Source: Wolbachia endosymbiont of Litomosoides sigmodontis (GTDB lineage Bacteria > Pseudomonadota > Alphaproteobacteria > Rickettsiales > Anaplasmataceae). Taken from it: a stretch of 32,000 nucleotides of DNA. Shown one piece after another: positions 29,710 to 32,000 of the stretch. Below the pieces are notes generated by a model, which searched no databases, was not told the origin of the DNA, and was given only the letters and a program-made list of their open reading frames with translations. Position 1 is the stretch's first letter. Each line of letters opens with the position of its first letter. The position numbers and the translations under genes are program-made. Location: NCBI RefSeq assembly GCF_013365435.1, contig NZ_CP046577.1:240001-272000 (forward strand), in the 5' to 3' direction.

Positions 29710-30018
29710 ATGGCAAAAAAATCTGTGATACAGAGAAATCTTCGTAGGATAAAATTATGTGATCAATATAGAGGAAAAAGAGAAAGATTGAAGTCTATAA
29801 TAAATAATAAGAATATGACTATTAGCGAGAGATTTGCAGCTCAAAATAAGTTAATTAAAGAATTACCTAGGGATTCTTCTAAGATTAGAATTAGAAATAG
29901 ATGTGCTTTAACTGGAAGACCAAGAGGGGTGTATAGAAAATTTGGTTTATGTAGAATTGTTTTACGTGATTTGTGTTCTTTTGGAAAAATTCCAGGAGTT
30001 ACAAAGTCTAGTTGGTAG
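29710..30018 (+). CDS. rpsN: 30S ribosomal protein S14 (long form)
   Basis: [27 protein letters not shown] and terminal ...KSSW. Confidence 0.95.
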   Translation: MAKKSVIQRNLRRIKLCDQYRGKRERLKSIINNKNMTISERFAAQNKLIKELPRDSSKIRIRNRCALTGRPRGVYRKFGLCRIVLRDLCSFGKIPGVTKSSW

Positions 30019-30039
30019 ATATAATATAGGGAGTGTATT

Positions 30040-30435
30040 GTGGCATTATCTGATAGTGTTGGTGATTTTTTAACAAGGATACGTAATGCTCAATTGGCGA
30101 TGCATAAGACGACAAGAGTTTTATTTTCTAAGGTGAATTTTTCTATATTGAAGATATTAAAGGATGAGGGGTATATTCTTGATTACCAGAAAGAGGTTGT
30201 AGGTGATTTATCATCTTTTATTGTAAAATTGAAGTATTATGAAAGATCACCTGTAATTAGTGATATAGTTAGAATATCGAAGCCTGGGTGTCGTTGTTAT
30301 TCTAAATATAAGGATATTTCTAAAGCGTATAATGGGCTTGGTATTTTTATTATATCTACGTCCAAAGGGGTAATGACTGATTATGATGCACATAAGTTAA
30401 AGGTTGGTGGAGAGATTTTGTGTCGTGTGTTTTAA
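30040..30435 (+). CDS. rpsH: 30S ribosomal protein S8
   Basis: GTG start, with [14 protein letters not shown] and GGEILCRVF. Confidence 0.95.
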   Translation: MALSDSVGDFLTRIRNAQLAMHKTTRVLFSKVNFSILKILKDEGYILDYQKEVVGDLSSFIVKLKYYERSPVISDIVRISKPGCRCYSKYKDISKAYNGLGIFIISTSKGVMTDYDAHKLKVGGEILCRVF

Positions 30436-30451
30436 GTAATAGGAGAAATTT

Positions 30452-30997
30452 ATGTCTCGTATAGGTGCTGCACCTATTAATATTCCTGCTGGTGTTTTAG
30501 TTGAATGTAATGATGGCAAGATATTAATAAAAAGTGCTAAAGCAGAAAAAGAACTTAAGCTGTGTAGTGATATTGTGTGTCAGGTTATTGGTAATCAGTT
30601 GATATTTTCTATTGATCAAAGCAAAGATAGTTACGGTGGAATAAAATCTATATGGGGTACGTATAGAAGTAATGCTAACAATATTATTAGTGGTATGATT
30701 AATGATTTTTCTGTTGATCTTGAGATTAATGGTGTTGGATATAAAGCAGAGTGTGATGGTAAGTATTTGACTTTGTATCTTGGTTATAGCCATAATGTTA
30801 AGTATAAAGTGCCTAAAGATATTGAGATTAAGTGTATAAAACCAACTTACTTGGTGATTAGTGGCATGGATAAGCAAAAAGTCCATGCGATAGCATCTGA
30901 TGTGTGCAAGATTAGAAAATACGATCCTTATAAAGGTAAAGGTATTATAATAAAAGGCAAATTTATGTTGCGTAAAGTTGTGAGTAAAAGGAAGTAA
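30452..30997 (+). CDS. rplF: 50S ribosomal protein L6
   Basis: MSRIGAAPINIPAGV and YDPYKGKGI. Confidence 0.95.
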   Translation: MSRIGAAPINIPAGVLVECNDGKILIKSAKAEKELKLCSDIVCQVIGNQLIFSIDQSKDSYGGIKSIWGTYRSNANNIISGMINDFSVDLEINGVGYKAECDGKYLTLYLGYSHNVKYKVPKDIEIKCIKPTYLVISGMDKQKVHAIASDVCKIRKYDPYKGKGIIIKGKFMLRKVVSKRK

Positions 30998-31002
30998 TTA
31001 AG

Positions 31003-31374
31003 ATGAGAAGGTTATATAATTTTTTAAGTAATCCTGAAAAAAGGAAATTACGTAATAGAAAGAAGCTTAAAGGTGGTATTAAGCGTTTACGTATATCTAT
31101 ATTTAAATCTAATAGGCATTTTTATGCTCAGTTAATTAATGATGAAAAAGGAGTAACTCTAACTTCTGCTTCTACCTTGGACGCTAAAATCAAGGATGTA
31201 TGTGAGGGGAAGGTCAATACTGGAGCTATAAGGCAAGTTTCTTCTTTAATGATTGAACGTCTATCTAATATGAAATTAGAACAAGAATTGGTATTTGATC
31301 GTGGAGCATATAAATATACAGGATTAGTTTCTCAATTTGCTGAAGCTTTACGAAGCTCTGGATTTAAATTTTAG
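31003..31374 (+). CDS. rplR: 50S ribosomal protein L18
   Basis: RLRISIFKSNRHFYAQLIND, FDRGAYKYTG and ALRSSGFKF. Confidence 0.93.
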   Translation: MRRLYNFLSNPEKRKLRNRKKLKGGIKRLRISIFKSNRHFYAQLINDEKGVTLTSASTLDAKIKDVCEGKVNTGAIRQVSSLMIERLSNMKLEQELVFDRGAYKYTGLVSQFAEALRSSGFKF

Positions 31375-31386
31375 AAGGTTTTTAAT

Positions 31387-31899
31387 ATGGCTGTAAAGAA
31401 TTTGCAAAATAATAATGATTGGTCAGAGCTTTTAGTTTCGATGAGGAGAGTAACGACGGTTACCAAAGGTGGTAGACGTTTCTCATTTTCAATTTTGGTT
31501 GTTGTTGGAGATGAGAGGGGTAGAGTGGGGTGTGGAATGGGTAAACATGCGGAGGTTGCTGAAGCAAGAATAAAAGCTGTAAATGCTGCAAAAAAATCTA
31601 TGGTTAGAGTGTACTTGCGTGAAGGTAGAACTTTGCATCATGATATTAAAGCTAAATTTTGCTCTGGTGAAATGGTTTTAAGAGCAGCTAGAGCTGGAAC
31701 AGGTATTATTGCTGGAGGGGCGATTAGGTCGGTTTTTGAGGTGTTGGGCATAAAAGATGTAGTAGCTAAATCTACTAGATCGAATAATCCTCATAATGTT
31801 ATATGTGCAGTGTTTAAAGCTTTTGATAATATATTATCTCCTCGTCAAGTAGCAAGTAAAAGAGGTAAAAAGATTAGCGAGATAGTCGGGAATAGGTAA
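31387..31899 (+). CDS. rpsE: 30S ribosomal protein S5
   Basis: [23 protein letters not shown] and [13 protein letters not shown]. Confidence 0.96.
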   Translation: MAVKNLQNNNDWSELLVSMRRVTTVTKGGRRFSFSILVVVGDERGRVGCGMGKHAEVAEARIKAVNAAKKSMVRVYLREGRTLHHDIKAKFCSGEMVLRAARAGTGIIAGGAIRSVFEVLGIKDVVAKSTRSNNPHNVICAVFKAFDNILSPRQVASKRGKKISEIVGNR

Positions 31900-31902
31900 T
31901 GT

Positions 31903-32000
31903 ATGGATAATGCTATAAAGTTAAGCTCTATATTTACTAAATTATCGAAAAAAAAGAAGCCTAAGTTACTAGGTAGGGGTATCGGTTGTGGTAAAGGTAA
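31903..32000 (+). CDS. rplO: 50S ribosomal protein L15, N-terminal part (truncated by the window end)
   Basis: MDNAIKLSSIFTKLSKKKKPKLLGRGIGCGKG matches the L15 N-terminal ...GRGxGSGxGKT pattern. It follows rpsE directly. Confidence 0.8.
   Translation, partial: MDNAIKLSSIFTKLSKKKKPKLLGRGIGCGKG

Noticed and set aside
1-32000. Scan for tRNA, rRNA, tmRNA, SRP or RNase P RNA, CRISPR repeats, prophage or defence-system gene clusters, toxin-antitoxin pairs, and any novel multi-gene system.
   Set aside because: I could find no conserved RNA-gene motifs (T-loop GGTTCGAATCC-type, GGAAGGAAGCAG, GAGGAAAGTCC in a non-coding context). There is no regularly spaced direct-repeat array. No cluster of intact unknown ORFs exists either, because all non-housekeeping DNA resolves into dead IS copies and pseudogenes. 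A covariance-model search (tRNAscan-SE, Infernal/Rfam) would be the decisive check.

Overview
AT-rich alphaproteobacterial chromosome segment. Gene order and protein sequences look Rickettsiales/Anaplasmataceae, most like Wolbachia; that assignment is from memory of the families, not a database search.

Left two thirds (1-19430): housekeeping genes prfA, engB, an ArgB-like kinase, dut, sucB, a P-loop kinase-like ORF, tsaB and secA. They are separated by long ORF-poor spacers full of dead DNA:
- five decayed copies of one IS630-family element (1-649, 4782-5423, 7038-8108, 12717-13598, 17231-18056); four of them are followed directly by an inverted partial copy of their own 5' end
- an IS5-family remnant split by one of those IS630 copies
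- an outer-membrane beta-barrel pseudogene
- a decayed polytopic membrane gene and other unrecognisable gene debris

Right third (19431-32000): the tightly packed str-S10-spc ribosomal super-operon on the + strand, rpsL-rpsG-fusA-[tuf]-rpsJ-rplC-rplD-rplW-rplB-rpsS-rplV-rpsC-rplP-rpmC-rpsQ-rplN-rplX-rplE-rpsN-rpsH-rplF-rplR-rpsE-rplO.

The most striking observation is that tuf, in its canonical slot between fusA and rpsJ, is an inactivated EF-Tu relic. Its GTPase motifs are destroyed, it has internal deletions, and it has a frameshift plus a nonsense codon near the 3' end, yet it keeps a 323-codon open frame.

Other oddities: a (CCT)5 / PPPPP tract in rpsJ, an ArgB homologue with degenerate catalytic motifs, and a P-loop protein with an aberrant Walker A.

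I found no tRNA, rRNA, CRISPR array, prophage or defence-type cluster, and no convincing evidence for a novel multi-gene system. The window reads as a genome in reductive evolution.

ORF-track coordinates include the stop codon, and I keep that convention.
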